Made by a program: the position numbers and the translations under genes
From: Macrostomum hystrix
Lineage: Eukaryota; Animalia; Platyhelminthes
Direction of reading: 5' to 3'
Length of the DNA: 64,000 nucleotides
Assembly: GCA_950097015.1 (NCBI GenBank)
Contig: CATNEN010000039.1
Location: 9,114,001-9,178,000, forward strand
Notes under the pieces: model-generated
Told to the model about the DNA's origin: nothing
The model's database searches: none
Seen by the model: the letters and a program-made list of their open reading frames with translations, nothing else
Shown: in pieces, positions 13,401 through 26,725 of the stretch
Layout of the letters: every line of letters starts with the position of its first letter
Position numbering within the stretch: position 1 is the first letter of the stretch

Positions 13401-16400
13401 GGTTGGTGGCGCCAAGACGGCACAGGGCCTGCGGGCCGTTGACCGAATGACTTGACCAAAAGGACAATATCTCCTTGTCCTTCCCTTATCCATGACCAAC
13501 TGAGCAGCTCCTTCACCTTTCTATGACCAAATGAGCAGCTCCTTCCCTTTTCTATGAACAAATGAGCAGCTCCTTCCCCTGTCTATGACTAAATGAGCAG
13601 CTCCTACCCTGTGTATTACCGAATGAGTAGCTCCTTCCCCATTCTATGACCAAATGAGCAGCTCCTACCCTGTGTATTACCGAAAGAGCAGCTCCTAACC
13701 TGTGTATTACCGAATGAGCAGCTCCTACCCTATGTATTACCGAATGAGCAGCTCCTTCCCCATTCTATGACCAAATGAGCAGCTCCTTCCCCTTTCTATG
13801 ACCAAATGAGCAGCTCCTTCCCCTTTCTATGACCAAATGAGCAGCTCCTACCCTGTGTATTACCGAATGAGTAGCTCCTTCCCCATTCTATGACCAAATG
13901 AGCAGCTCCTACCCTGTGTATTACCGAAAGAGCAGCTCCTAACCTGTGTATTACCGAATGAGCAGCTCCTACCCTATGTATTACCGAATGAGCAGCTCCT
14001 ACCCTATGTATTACCGAATGAGTAGCTCCTTCCCCATTCTATGACCAAATGAGCAGCTCCTTCCCCTTTCTATGACCAAATGAGCAGCTCCTACCCTGTG
14101 TATTACCGAATGAGCAGCTCCTTCCCCATTCTATGACCAAATGAGCAGCTCCTACTCTGTGTATTACCAAATGAGCAGCTCCTACCCTCTGTATTACCGA
14201 ATGAGCAGCTCCTTCCCCTTTCTATGACCAAATGAGCAGTTCCTTCCCCTGTCTATGACTAAATCAAGAGTAGTAGCTCATACTCAAACTGCCCAGCTAC
14301 ACACCTGGCAAACCGGTGCCTGATCAATCGGCGGCTGGCTGAGCGTCAGCTTGGAGTCGCCCAGCTGCGACTGCCGCTCCAGGCTGTAGGTGGCGCTGCT
14401 TTGCCTCCCGGCCTCGTCAACCAGCTGCCTGGCCAGCTCTAGCTCCAGCTGATGATGCCGCAACGCTGCCAGCTGGTTGCCAAGGCGACTGTGAGCTTCG
14501 CCAAGGCCGGCGTGAGCTGCCACCAGCAGCCGGGGCCGGTTGCCCGCCCGCTGCAGCTGATCCGCGCGCAGCTCCATGGCTCCTGCGGTGTCACCCAAAG
14601 CCATGCTGGCGTCGGCGAGGTGGCCGAGGGAGCGAAACTCCAGATCTGGCTGCTGCTGCTGCTGCTTATTAGTCAAGGTCAAGGAGAGGTTGCTAAAAGC
14701 TGTCTAGGCATAATAATAAATAATAACAATAATAATTGCAGGAGGGCTGCGGGAAAACGGAAAATCATTGGGTCACACTAGACTTGCAGCCAGCGACGAA
14801 AAAACCCTGCACATTTCGCTGACCCCTGAGCCCACGCAAAGGTGTGTACATCTGCCCTGACTTTCTCATCTACAAGCAGTGTACAAGCATACGCACTTGA
14901 GGTTGGCCCTCAAGGGCATAAATTGCACAACAAGCCTCCGAGTATTCTCTCCGCGGCTGCGCCCAAAAGTTTTTTGTTTTGCGGCCTCGCCGCGGAATCG
15001 AGCTCAGGGACCTTGGTGTGAGAGGTATGATTTATATTACAATTTACAACATTGCTATAATTGTCTCTTAGATTGTAAATTATGGCTCAGAATGATAATT
15101 GCCCTCAAAACAGGAAATTATTCCCTTTGAAGTATATTAAATCCCCAATCTCCCTAGCCTCCTCACCGGCTCCCCGCAGCCGCCTCTGGCCAATCGAAGG
15201 CATTCCTCGAATTCCTTGGCAGCGGCCGGCCAGTCGCCCAGTTCGCCAAGGCACAGGCCCAGCTGGCAGCGGGCTCGCCACACCACCCCGTCGCTAGCCG
15301 AAGCCGGCGGGGTCGTGAGCAGTCGCAGCTCGGCTCGGTGCCAGGCTTCGGCGTCGCGACACCGGCCCAGCTGGTAGCAGACGCAGCCGAGGCGGTGGCA
15401 GGCGGCGGCCTCGCCGCGCCAGTCCTTAATCTCCGAGCAGACTCGGCGCCACTCTGAGCACAGTTCCAGGGCTAATTGGCAGTCGCCGCGTACGCTGGCT
15501 AGAAAGCCAGCCATGGCTTCCAGAGCTCTGGACAGTAGGCGGTGATTGGCAGCATCGGCTCCCCGCAGCTCCCTGGCCAGGTCCAGCTGCAGCTGCAGGT
15601 GGTGAGCGGCCCGCTCTGGCTGCCGCAGGGCCTGATAGGCTGCGCCAATGCGGCCGTGACAGGCGCACTCAGCCTGGCGTTCGTAGCACTGCTGCAGCAG
15701 CTCCAGCTCATCGGTGTGGTAGCGCAGGGCCAGGTCCGGCTGCCGCATGGCCGCGTAAGCGGAGCCTGAGAAGAGGCCGGATTGTGTCTAACATCACTGT
15801 CTAACATCACTGTCTAACATCACTGTCTAACATCACTGTCTAACAGGTGCATCTATCAGTCCTGTCTAACAGGTGCATCTAACAGTCCTGTCTAACAGGT
15901 GCATCTATCAGCCTCCTCACCAATGTGTCCCAGTGCCTTAGCCCGTCCCGGCCTGTCGTGCAGCAGCTCGGCCAGTCGCAGGTGGGCCTTGTGCAGTTTG
16001 ACAGCCGACTCACAGTCGCCAAGGAGCTGATAAACCAGACCGAGAGCTCCGCAAGCGGCGGCTTCCAATTCCCGATTGGCGCACCTCAGCGCGCAGTTCA
16101 ATTGGGCCTCGTGCAGTCGGCGCGACTCGGCCAGATCGCCTTCGAGCCGATGACAAGCGCCTAGGGCCCCGCAGGCGCGTCCTTGCAGCAGCGGATCGCC
16201 CAGCTGTTGAGCCTGAACCAGGGCCTCCTCCAGGTGAGGCCAGGCCTGATTTGGCTCCCGCTTAGCCAGGTGATCGGAGCCCAGGTTGAGCAGGGCCCGG
16301 CAGCGCTCCTCGCGACTGCCCAGACTGAGAATAATCGAATATATAGTAGAGGAAACTCTCAGAGAAAAGCTCAGGAAACTGCCGGGGATTCGGCAGATTC

Positions 16401-19400
16401 TTCACGTGGCTTAATAAGTGTGCTAAGGAAATCGACTAAATATCCGAAGAAACAGCCAAAAATTGTTTCTCATTTCTAATCTGCTTTCAATTGTCTTCAG
16501 TTCAAAAGCTGCCGGTTGTGGCATAAAACAAGTCCTAACTAGTCTACTGACAACAGTAGAGAACTAAGCGCACAATAAACATTAGCTAGTCGTTATTTCA
16601 CGCAAAAAATGGAGTCTAACCGATTGGCCAGTCGCAGCTGCTCGCCGTGGCACTCCAACGCATTGTCCAACTCGCCCATGGCCAGGTAGACATTGCCGAC
16701 GCTGCCAATCTCAGCCGCTTCCAGTAGAGGCAATTCGCTCTGATGACAGAGCAGGGCGCACTGCCGATGGCTAGACAGGGCGTTGCTGAGGTCGCCCAGA
16801 GCGCTGTAGAGGTGGCCCAGGTTGGTCAGGGCGTGGATGGCGGTGTCTCGCTGACGCAGCTTCAATGCGCAGCGCAGCTGCTGCTTCTGATGAGCCAGGG
16901 CCTCGGCGAAGTCGCCCTGAACGAAATGGGCAGCGCCGAGGTTGCCGTGGGCGCGACACTGACCCTTATCGTCACCTTTGAATGGAATACGGGCGTTGAC
17001 GTGAATCTGAGGATCTGGGATGAGGATCTGAGGATCTGGGATGAGGATCTGAGGATCTGGGATGAGGATCTGGGGATCTAGGATGAGGATCTGAGGATCT
17101 GAAATGAGGATCTGGGGATCTGGGGTGATCGGATCTGAGGATCTGAAATGAGGATCTGGGGATCTGGAATGAGGATCTGAGGATCTGGAATGAGGATCTG
17201 GGGATCTGGGGTGAGGATCTGAGGATCTGAAATGAGGATCTGGGGATCTGGAATGAGGATCTGAGGATCTGGAATGAGGATCTGGGGATCTGGAATGAGG
17301 ATCTGAGGATCTGGAATGAGGATCTGGGGATCTGGGGTGAGGATCTGAGGATCTGAAATGAGGATCTGGGGATCTGGAATGAGGATCTGAGGATCTGGAA
17401 TGAGGATCTGGGGACCTGGGGTGAGGCTCTGAGGATCTGAAATGAGGATCTGGGGATCTGGAATGAGGATCTGAGGATCTGGAATGAGGATCTGGGGATC
17501 TGGGGTGAGGATCTGAGGATCTGAAATGAGGATCTGGGGATCTGGAATGAGGATCTGAGGATCTGGAATGAGGATCTGGGGATCTGGGGTGAGGCTCTGA
17601 GGATCTTAAATGAGGATCTGGGGATCTGGAATGAGGATCTGAGGATCTGGAATGAGGATCTGGGGATCTGGGTGAGGATCTGAGGATCTGAAATGAGGAT
17701 CTGAGGATCTGGGAATGAGGATCTGTAAAGAGCTGCAATTTGATCTGAGGATCTGCGATTAGCCGCTATTTGGTCTGGGGATCTATGATCAGCTGGAAAT
17801 TTTCTTCGAAGTTTTGCAACAAAAAATGACAGGTTTTACAATAAAAATTTCTGATGCCTTGAAATTAGATTTGAACTGCGCATATTTGCGTGTTAGAAAA
17901 TACGCTAAATCATTTTTTTCAAAGCAATGCCTGCAGGCCGAAAAAATTCTGCGATGTCGTTCGCAAAAAATCGGAAACCACTCGAAGCGCACGAAAGTCA
18001 GATATGGATTGTGGGCCAACTTTCAAGCGAAGATCACAATCTAAGAATATGGCACGGCAATTACCGACTGCAACTGAATAGAAATCTGAATTCATTCAAA
18101 ATTCCAGGGGAATATACAGAAAATTACAAATTCTGCAATGGAATATGAACCATTCACAGTATGGATAAACAATTTTTGACTATGGCAGCTAAGGGCAAAA
18201 CCACCAACAGATAAATTTTGTGGATAAGTGGATAGGCAAGCTCCGGTTAAGGCTAATAGACATACATAAATAATCGAAAGGTCGTGTATTTGCCAAAATC
18301 TATCTTAAAAGTGCATTGACTTATATCCTTGACCATTAGGCTCATAGCCTTGACCCCTGGCCCCAGAGGGGCCCACTGTCTTGTGGGTTGGTTCCAAAGG
18401 GGCTCACTGTGTCTTGGGGATTGGCCCAAAAGAGGCAAACTGTGTCTTGGGGATTGGCCCAAAAGAGGCACACTGTGTCTTGGGGATTGGCCCAAAAGAG
18501 GCACACTGTGTCTTGGGGATTGGCTCAAAGGGGCACACTGTGTCTTGAGGATTAGCCCAAAAGGGGTACACTGTGCCTTGGGGGTTTGCCCAAAAGGGGC
18601 ACTCTGTACCTTGGGGGTTGGCTCCCAGAGGGGCGCACTGTGTCTTGGGGGTTGGCCCTAGAGGGGCACACTGTGTCTTGGGGGTTGGCCCTAGAGAGAC
18701 ACACTGTGTCTTGGGGGTTGGCCCCCAGAGGGGCACACTGTGTCTTGGGGGTTGGCTCCCAGAGGGGCACACTGTGTCTTGGGGGTTGGCCCCAGAGGGG
18801 CACACTGTGTCTTGGGGGTTGGCCCTAGAGGGACACACTGTGTCTTGGGGGTTGGCCCTAGAGGGGCACACTGTGTCTTGGGGGTTGGCCCTAGAGGGGC
18901 ACACTTTGTCTTGAGGATTGGCCCAAAAGGGGTACACTGTGTCTTGGGGGTTGGTCCCAAAGAGGCACAAGTTGTACGGCAAACTCTCAAGCCACAAGCC
19001 CTCTCTCCGCTACAGCGCCCCAAATAATTGCCGCCTAGCTGCGGATTCGAGCTCATGAACCTTGGTCTGTAAATCACGTGACAGTTCTCACCCAGCTGGT
19101 GCACCACACTCAGGTCCTGCTGCATGTAGGTCACAGCGCGATCGATTCTGCCAACAGACCAGTGAGCCCTGCTCAGAGCGCTGAGCACTGAGGCCTTCAG
19201 CTTCAGGCTGCTGGTGCCCAACTGCAGTGCGCACTCCAGCGACGTTATGGCCTGCTGGTGCTGGCCCAGGCTCTCCAGCTCCTGGCCGATGACAGACATT
19301 AGGACGAAGGCGCTGTTTGCCAGATGAAGCTTGCACAGCTGCTCGTAGACTGGTAGGAAGCGCTCTGTGGGGATTTGAAAGGCGCTTTACTGTACTTAAA

Positions 19401-20609
19401 ACACCTACAGCTTAGAATATCGCATTTACTTTATTCTTGCACTTTAAATATTGAATATGTACTTTTAAACTGTCCTAACACGTGTTTAAAAAATCGCTTT
19501 ACGTACACCATATAGTGGTTGTTTGTCAGCTTTAAAATAAGTACGCGTGCACTTCAAAATGAGTACGCGTGCACTTTAAAAAGGAGTACGCGTGCACTTT
19601 AAAAATGAGTACGCGCGCACTTTAAACTTAGTACGCGTGCGCTAAAAAACAGACACTAACCTCGCACGGGAGACGCCAACGCGCAATCCACCAGGCCTTG
19701 AATGAGGGCGCGATTTTTAGGATCCTTGCCGAGGCCCTGGCACAGGGCTGCAATTGCGTCAGCAAATTTTCCTAAGCACTGCAGAGCCACGCCTTCTCTA
19801 TAGTAGGCCTGAATAAATGAAGGTTAAATTTAATACAATGTCACGAACAGAGCGACAGAGAGGACAATTTTTTAGCACGATAGCTAGTAAGACAGACGAC
19901 GCAGCGACACAGTTATAACCTTATAATTGAAAGCTTAAGACCAGAAAATAAGCTGATAATGAAAAGCGTAAGACCAAAAAAAGAATCTGACAATGGAAAG
20001 TGTCAGACCACTAATTAACCTCATGATTAAGTGTCAGACTAGCAATTCACCAGGCTCATAAATATATATAAAAAATCGACCTCATGACATAGAAAGCTGC
20101 CAAACGATACGACATGATTATGGAAAGTGTCAGACCACAAATCATCTTTCCTTTATTTACAATTTGGCGAAGGAGTCATTCTACCACGGAACAACATCCA
20201 AGCAGCCTACCTTCCTCCGCCTTGACCAAGCCGAGCCGCGGCGCTCGGAAACACGTTTTGAACGCCTAAATGACGATAATAAAGTTTGTCCCTCCTCAGC
20301 GCAGGCAACGTCTGGCTTTTCCGAGCCCGACGCCCTGCTGGCGCCTCTTTCAGCGCCGCTAAACAAGCCTAACAAGCCGGACCGCAGCGACCGCCTTGAA
20401 GACGACGAAGCGCTGGACGATGCAACAGACGAAAAAGCCGGTTCAATAACTGCGCCACTATCGGCGCCGCTAGAAGCAAAAGACTTCTCGGACAAGATTG
20501 ACTTTCTCTGCTGCTGCCGTTGCTGCTGATTCTGTAACTCATCAGCGGAAGCTGGTCGACGAATACTGAGAATCCTTGGCAATCGAAAGCTGTAGGCTTT
20601 GCGCAGACT

Positions 20610-20640
<31 letters not shown>

Positions 20641-23600
20641 AGCGGAGGGACATCCTGACCCGCCAGTTGCATTACAAATGACGCCGCTGCTGTTGAAGCC
20701 ACAGACGTTGCAGCCAAACCATTTGATTCACCGCCGTTCGACCACTTTAGCATTGCGCTATTAGTTGTCCTGTTGCCATGCGCATGCTAATTCTATATTT
20801 GTATGAACGAGCTTTCTTATATGCTTCCGTGCAAGATGAGAATGCAAACTTTAGCGTTTTCTTTTTCACAAAAAGTCGCTGTCGTTTCTTGAGTTCTTTT
20901 TGTAGTTCGCGGGCCTAACACTGCTCAAGCAAGCAAGGAGACTTCTTTCTTGCTCCCTTATTGTCGCCGTTGTGCGCCTCTACTGCAGCCACTGATTAAA
21001 TTAATATTTAACAGCGAAAAAAACTACAAGCTATAGGCGTCTGCTGCTTGCCTGCTATTATTCTTCTTCTTTATTTCTGTGTCTGTTAGAGAGAGTGGTG
21101 TGTGGGCGGGGTGGTTGGGTCAGTCGACGCGGATTGGCCAATTAAGCAACGCAGATAGCTATAGTGGAGAGATGGCAAGACTCAGTAGAGCTCAAGTGGA
21201 CTCCGCGCTGTGTGGCCCCCGCGACTATAAGGCCTGAACGAAATGGCAATAATCTATGAAATGACTGTTCTCGCTAGCTTTAAATTTCATCTTTTAATTC
21301 TATCTTTCTTCTTTCCATTTTACTAATTCCTTTATCTACGAGTATGGCTATTTCTGGTTGGCACTTGAGAAGCGACTAAGCCAAGACTCCTCTGCATTCT
21401 TCTGCTTACTAAACATATTCTTTTTTCTGATTTGTTCTTCATTTCTCTTGTTTTTTTCGTTTGCTTCATTTCTAACGCTCGTCCAATAGCTCGGTCAATC
21501 TGATGATAAGTGGCGAGTGAAAGCTTACAGTACTATAGACTGAAAGAGAAAATTGCGCGCAAAACTATTGCACCAACAATGCGACAGATTCTATAGTTAG
21601 TAAGGAACTGTAATCATGTGGCTAGAGAGGCAGAAAGGTAGAAGAGATTTAGGAGGGGAGAGGGAGAAAGAGAGAGAGGGAGAAAGAGGGGAGAGGGAGA
21701 AAGAGGAGAGAGGGAGAAAGAGCAGAGAGGGAGAAAGAGGAGAGAGGGAGAAAGAGGAGAGAGGGAGAAAGAGGGGAGAGGGAGAAAGAGGGGAGAGGGA
21801 GAAAGAGAGGAGAGGGAGAAAGAGAGGAGAGAGAGAAAGAGAGGAGATGGAGAAAGAGGAGAGATTGAGAAAAAGGGAGAGGAAGAAAGACGAGAGAGAA
21901 AGAGAGGAGAGGGAGAAAGAGAGGAGGTGGAGAAAGAGAGGAGGTGGAGAAAGAGGGGAGAGGGAGAAAGAGAGGAGAGGGAGAAAGAGGGGAGAGGGAG
22001 AAAGAGAGGAGAGGGAGATAGAGGGGAGAGGGAGAAAGAGAGGAGAGGGAGATAGAGGGGAGAGGGAGAAAGAGAGGAGAGGGAGAAAGAGAGGAGAGGG
22101 AGAAAGAGGGGAGAGGGAGAAAGAGAGGAGAGGGAGAAAGAGAGGAGAGGGACAAAGAGGGGAGAGGGAGAAAGAGGGGAGAGGGAGAAAGAGGGGAGAG
22201 GGAGAAAGAGGGGAGAGGGAGAAAGAGGAGAGAGGGAGAAAGAGGAGAGAGGGAGAAAGAGGAGAGAGGGAGAAAGAGGAGAGAGGGAGAAAGAGGGGAG
22301 AGGGAGAAAGAGAGGAGAGAGAGAAAGAGAGGAGATGGAGAAAGAGGAGAGATTGAGAAAAAGGGAGAGGAAGAAAGACGAGAGAGAAAGAGAGGAGAGG
22401 GAGAAAGAGAGGAGGTGGAGAAAGAGGGGAGAGGGAGAAAGAGAGGAGAGGGAGAAAGAGTGGAGAGGGAGAAAGAGGGGAGAGCGAGAAAGAGAGGAGA
22501 GGGAGAAAGAGAGGAGAGAGAGAAAGAGAGGAGATGGAGAAAGAGGAGAGATTGAGAAAAAGGGAGAGGAAGAAAGACGAGAGAGAAAGAGAGGAGAGGG
22601 AGAAAGAGAGGAGGTGGAGAAAGAGGGGAGAGGGAGAAAGAGAGGAGAGGGAGAAAGAGTGGAGAGGGAGAAAGAGGGGAGAGCGAGAAAGAGAGGAGAG
22701 GGAGATAGAGGGGAGAGGGAGAAAGAGAGGAGAGGGAGATAGAGGGGAGAGGGAGAAAGAGAGGAGAGGGAGAAAGAGAGGAGGTGGAGAAAGAGGGGAG
22801 AGGGAGGAAGAGAGGAGAGGGAGAAAGAGTGGAGAGGGAGAAAGAGGGGAGAGCGAGAAAGAGAGGAGAGGGAGATAGAGGGGAGAGGGAGAAAGAGAGG
22901 AGAGGGAGATAGAGGGGAGAGGGAGAAAGAGAGGAGAGGGAGAAAGAGAGGAGAGGGAGAAAGAGAGGAGAGGGAGAAAGAGGGGAGAGGGAGCAAGAGG
23001 GGAGAGGGAGAAAGAGGGGAGAGAGATAGGGGGAGCGAGATAATTGACTCGGACAATTAAAGGAGGTAAAAATTGCCTTAGTCATTGTTTAGAGAGCAGG
23101 CAGAAACAGACCCCATTGCATTCATTTGAAGCAGCCGCTGACAAAAAAAATTCTGCACAGAGCAGAAAGAGAGAAAAAACAGTTCTCACGCGAACGATGA
23201 TATTAATATGAATGGTGCCAAGTGACAGCAAAGGCAAATATTGCACGCGAGCACGCATTTGGTGGTGGATAGAGAGTTAAGCCACAGAGGAATTTACAGC
23301 CCATTTCAAATGGAATCCTGGGAAAGTGAAATGAAAGATGAACGCTCGCAGTCAGTAATGAGTAGAAACTGCTCACAGACAAGCTAGTCCTAACAAAAGC
23401 ATGGGTTGAGTGCTAATGCATAAACAGATGGCGAACGTTTGAATTCAATGATCTATTGTCTAAATGTGGCTACAGATAGTAAAATAATATAAGGATTCTT
23501 TACGACCCTTTAATAAAGTACGAGTAAATAGATAAGGGTCTCTGCCCCCAGTCCACGGACTGGCACAGCTGTAAAATTAAAAGCGACTTTAAAGAGAAGG

Positions 23601-26411
23601 AATTTAAAATAAATTGAATGCTTTCATTAGAGCTTATAAAGTCAGAAGAAATTCTTACTGCAAAGCTAATTTACCATGAAATGCTAGGCTTAAAACTGAC
23701 AGTCATACATATTTCATTAGATTGGTTTATTTTAGTTCATAAAAACTGACTGATTTACTAACTTTAAAGCTATTTTGGCAGTAAGTATTTCTCGATTCTA
23801 CAACGACAATATCTAATAACGAAAATGTTTACTATACTACTCAGCCATATTCTATAAGTACTATAAACGGATCCTTTCACAGTACCCAGTTCTAACTAAA
23901 GCAAAGTAGACATCAACAAACAGCTGGTGCAGGCTTTATAAGCATTCTAGAATGACGAGGCAGTTAGTACTTCTATTTGTGACTAGCTGAATTTAAGGCT
24001 TTAGATGCTTTTTAGCCAGATCGCAAGGGCTTGTTTCAGCTGATTGGCTGGAAACTAGGAGATGGATTTAAAGAAAGTTTCCTGACTACTCTGGACTGCT
24101 GACCAGTTAACTGCAACTTTTCTAGATTCTTGGCTACATATCAGGTCCAACTATAATTATCTAAACCTTATGGGGGTTAGTGGCAGCAGCACCCCCTGGA
24201 TTTCTGTCAAGGGGGCGGGCCTTTGTCACTACCAGATGGGAGTGCTATCCCGGGTGCGCCACTACGAGAGGGCCCCACTACCAGGAGGCGCCACTACTTG
24301 GGGGCGCCAGCGCCACTACCTGGGTGCCCCACTACCAGGGGGCGCCACTACCAGGGGGCGCCACTACCAGGGGGCGCCACTACTAGGGGGCGCCAGCGCC
24401 GCTACCTGGGGGCCCCACTACCAGGGGCGCCACTACTAGGGGGCGCCATTACGAGAGGGCCCCGCTAACAGGGACGCCACTACTAGGGGGCGCCACTACG
24501 AGAGGGCCCCGCTAACAGGGGACGCCAGTACCAGGGGGCGTAACTACGAGTACTAGGGGGCGCCACTACCAGGGGGGCGCCACTACTAGGGGGCGCCACT
24601 ACCAGGGGGCGCAACTACTAGGGGGCGCCACTACTAGGGGGCCCCGCTAACAGGGGACGCCACTACCAGGGGGCGCAACTACTAGGGGACGCCAGCGCCA
24701 CTACTAGGGGTGCCACTACTCGTACTATGGGCCACATAGTTTCGTCAGCAGATTAGGCCCCCTTGCCCTCCCCCCTGGCAGGGAGATTAACGCGTTTGCC
24801 TCTTGTACCAATGTCTCTGAGCTAGATTTGTGTGTTTTCGTGTCGAAATTCAACGTGTGTTTAGGAGTCCGAAGAATGTGTAGGTTCCCTCCTTACTGGC
24901 TGCCGTTGTACAGTCACAAAATGATATACCAGTTGGTGGCTCACAGCCCATGACGGTATGACTACTATTTTTATTACGAGTACAAATCTCCTATTAGCTA
25001 CTCTAGATTTCGTAGCACAGTTGCTGTCGTTAACTTGATACACTAAAGATCAACCAATTGTAAAAGTAACGACAGTTTCTGCACTTGAATTTCGGGTAGG
25101 CGTGAATGATGCCTAAAAAATAATGTAAATATAAATAGTTTCTTATTATCACTAGTATAGCTAGTAAAATACAAGACAACTAAAAGAAAGTTATAAATGC
25201 TGCAGCGGCCAATGTCTCTCTAGATTCTTGTTGATTTGGTTTTATTTTCGCAAAAGTTTTCTCTTACTTTGCACGAGAGGACCCACTTGAGAACAGCAGT
25301 AAAACACTGAGTAGGCTTTCATTTCTACTCGTGCAACGGGGTTAGAGACGGGGTAAGATTGACATAGGCTAGGCCATGCTATGCTAGACATAGCTACAAA
25401 GGGACTAACAGGAGAGCACCCACTATATATCAGACATTTTTTGAGCACAGAAAGAGAACAATTAGAAGCAGAGGAGAAATAACAAAGTAGAATTGGCACA
25501 TAGGTATAAGAGTACTAATTTAGCTCGAAATGAGACTTAAATGGAGCAGTCTGGGCTTAAAAATTAATGTTTGCTTGTCATTGCACAAACATACTGTTTG
25601 GTTACTGGAATATATAGTTGGCTGTTATTTCAAAAAGAATTACATTAAAACAGGTCTCTAAAATTGTGAAGTTCTCAGGTTAATAATTCAAGATGGAAAA
25701 GGCTTCAGCTGCAATTATTGCAAGCTAGCATCTAAAGGCTTTGTACAGCAGTCCATGGACTGGAGAGGCCGCCACACAAACAAAACATTCTACTCAAGCC
25801 AATGCTAGTACACAGTTTACAGCTTGCTCAAATACAAAAATTCTCTCCCTTGGGGGGAGAGATTCGAACTCCTGACCTTTCTTTCACAAGTACGAAGCTC
25901 CAGCGACTGACTAAAAGCTCCCAATAGCTCCTACTGGCTAGAGGCTTCAATCAAAATAATCGAAAATTTGAGAACTCAAATTATTCCAATTTGAACTCAT
26001 GACCTCTTGCTTGGTTATCCAGCCCAATTTCAAAGCTCCCGAATCGAAACTAAAACAATTTCGCGTTATTCATTCTCACCTTGGGCCAGTCGGGCGCAAG
26101 CGTCCGGCACCGTCTGGCATCCTGCAGCGCCAGGCCGAATTCGCCCAGTTTCAGCCTGGCCGCGCATCGGTTGCTAAGCAAAACATGATTATTGGGCTCC
26201 ATTTCCAGCGCTTCATCTATGTACTGCGAATTCAATGGAGATTTTTGGATTAATCATAAAACAATATTCTAAGCGCAAAGTGAGCAAATGATTGCCTCAC
26301 CTGGACAGCCTTTTTAAAGTCCTCCTTATTTAGAGCCTCAGTGCTGAGCTTCACCTTAGCTTGAAAGGCAGGATCCGAGGCCACACTTTGCTGAGACTGG
26401 GAGAAGTTCAT
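7396..26411 (-). CDS. TTC28: Tetratricopeptide repeat protein 28 (TPR array + CHAT domain), 14 coding exons
   Basis: Exons (5'->3'): 26411-26301, 26223-26080, 19808-19661, 19364-19092, 16975-16621, 16324-15921, 15765-15167, ~14664-14305, 13428-12841, 12134-11787, 11510-11157, 11059-10410, 10334-9362, 9018-7396, with phase-compatible GT-AG junctions. Motifs recalled from TTC28: WPK/AYYREGVALQCLG, SVIGQEL, VYFSLAAGYLYTWLL, LLHLVEKSLQRI, MYTS..SVEKKVG. Confidence 0.93.
9063..9346. repeat. ~22-bp intronic minisatellite (GAGCCTGAAGAGAAATAGAGTG)
   Basis: Fills most of TTC28 intron 9019-9361. Confidence 0.92.
11513..11775. repeat. ~17-18-bp intronic minisatellite (GAATGGCGAGAGTAGGT)
   Basis: Fills TTC28 intron 11511-11786. 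Confidence 0.92.
12185..12800. repeat. 22-bp intronic minisatellite (ATCCAATCTCACAGTGGCTCTG)
   Basis: Fills TTC28 intron 12135-12840. Confidence 0.95.
13480..14265. repeat. 30-31-bp intronic minisatellite (GACCAAATGAGCAGCTCCTTCCCCTTTCTAT and variants)
   Basis: Fills TTC28 intron 13429-14304. Confidence 0.95.
14778..15026 (-). mobile_element. tRNA-derived SINE, family 1
   Basis: Colinear similarity over ~250 bp with 61954-62229 (GCAGCCAGCGA, TGCCCTGACT, GAGGTTGGCCCTC, GCATAAATTGCAC, CGCGGAATCGAGCTC). Confidence 0.75.
15785..15910. repeat. Short intronic tandem repeats (13-bp CTAACATCACTGT; longer TGTCTAACAGGTGCATCTA units)
   Basis: Directly visible in TTC28 intron 15766-15920. Confidence 0.85.
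17004..17785. repeat. GAGGATCTG-based intronic minisatellite with 21/30-bp higher-order units
   Basis: Directly visible; produces the spurious SSDPHSRSPDPH part of ORF 16593-17738. Confidence 0.95.
18362..18970. repeat. 33-bp intronic minisatellite (GGGCACACTGTGTCTTGGGGGTTGGCCCTAGAG), ~18 copies
   Basis: Directly visible; the overlapping ORFs are repeat translations. Confidence 0.95.
19530..19645. repeat. ~22-bp tandem repeat (AAAATGAGTACGCGTGCACTTT), ~5 copies
   Basis: Directly visible in TTC28 intron 19365-19660. Confidence 0.85.
20211..20753 (-). CDS. TTC28: Probable alternative first coding exon of TTC28 (181 aa, low-complexity, polyQ)
   Basis: ATG at 20753; GC-rich exon-like composition; AAG|GTAGGC phase-0 donor at 20210, compatible with the phase-0 acceptor before 19808. 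Confidence 0.6.
21640..23040. repeat. 1.4-kb nearly pure homopurine (GA-rich) low-complexity repeat
   Basis: Almost exclusively G/A on the + strand; the overlapping ORFs are artefacts. Confidence 0.97.
24255..24722. repeat. ~16-bp GC-rich minisatellite (CCACTACCAGGGGGCG)
   Basis: Directly visible in the TTC28 intron. Confidence 0.9.
25749..25925 (-). mobile_element. tRNA-derived SINE, family 2
   Basis: Minus strand B-box GAGTTCGAATC. The CAGTCCATGGACT motif is shared with 26559-26725 and 61480-61495. Confidence 0.55.
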
Positions 26412-26558
26412 TCCTTTGCTGTCAGTGCAATTCAGTTAAACTAGTTTGAGTAGAAGTTATAGCACCATGAGTTGACTTTTTGTGTTTGCAACCTGGAAAT
26501 GAACACAGCAATAATAATTGACTATACCTGTCCCTTTCTTACAGTGACAGCCAAGTTC

Positions 26559-26725
26559 AGTCCATGGACTTCAGTCCATGTGGGGTGCCACACAAACCCT
26601 GAATTACCATAGCTAACGCTGGTACCCATTAAACAGCTAGGTAAATTGAAGCAATGCAAGTGGTTAATTGAATCCCTAACTTCCAAGTTGTGAGCCTAAT
26701 GTCTTTTGCACTAGGCTACAACCCC
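26559..26725 (-). mobile_element. Degenerate SINE, family 2
   Basis: CAGTCCATGGACT...GCCACACAAAC...GCTGGTACCCA..ACAGCT resembles 25749-25830 and, inverted, 41540-41570. Confidence 0.45.

Noticed and set aside
16976-18997. Repetitive ORFs (SSDPHSR..., GANPQDTVCP...)
   Set aside because: Intronic minisatellite translations; only 16621-16975 is a real exon.
21614-23085. Long ORFs (480/478/246 aa)
   Set aside because: Translations of a GA-rich repeat that lacks stop codons by composition.
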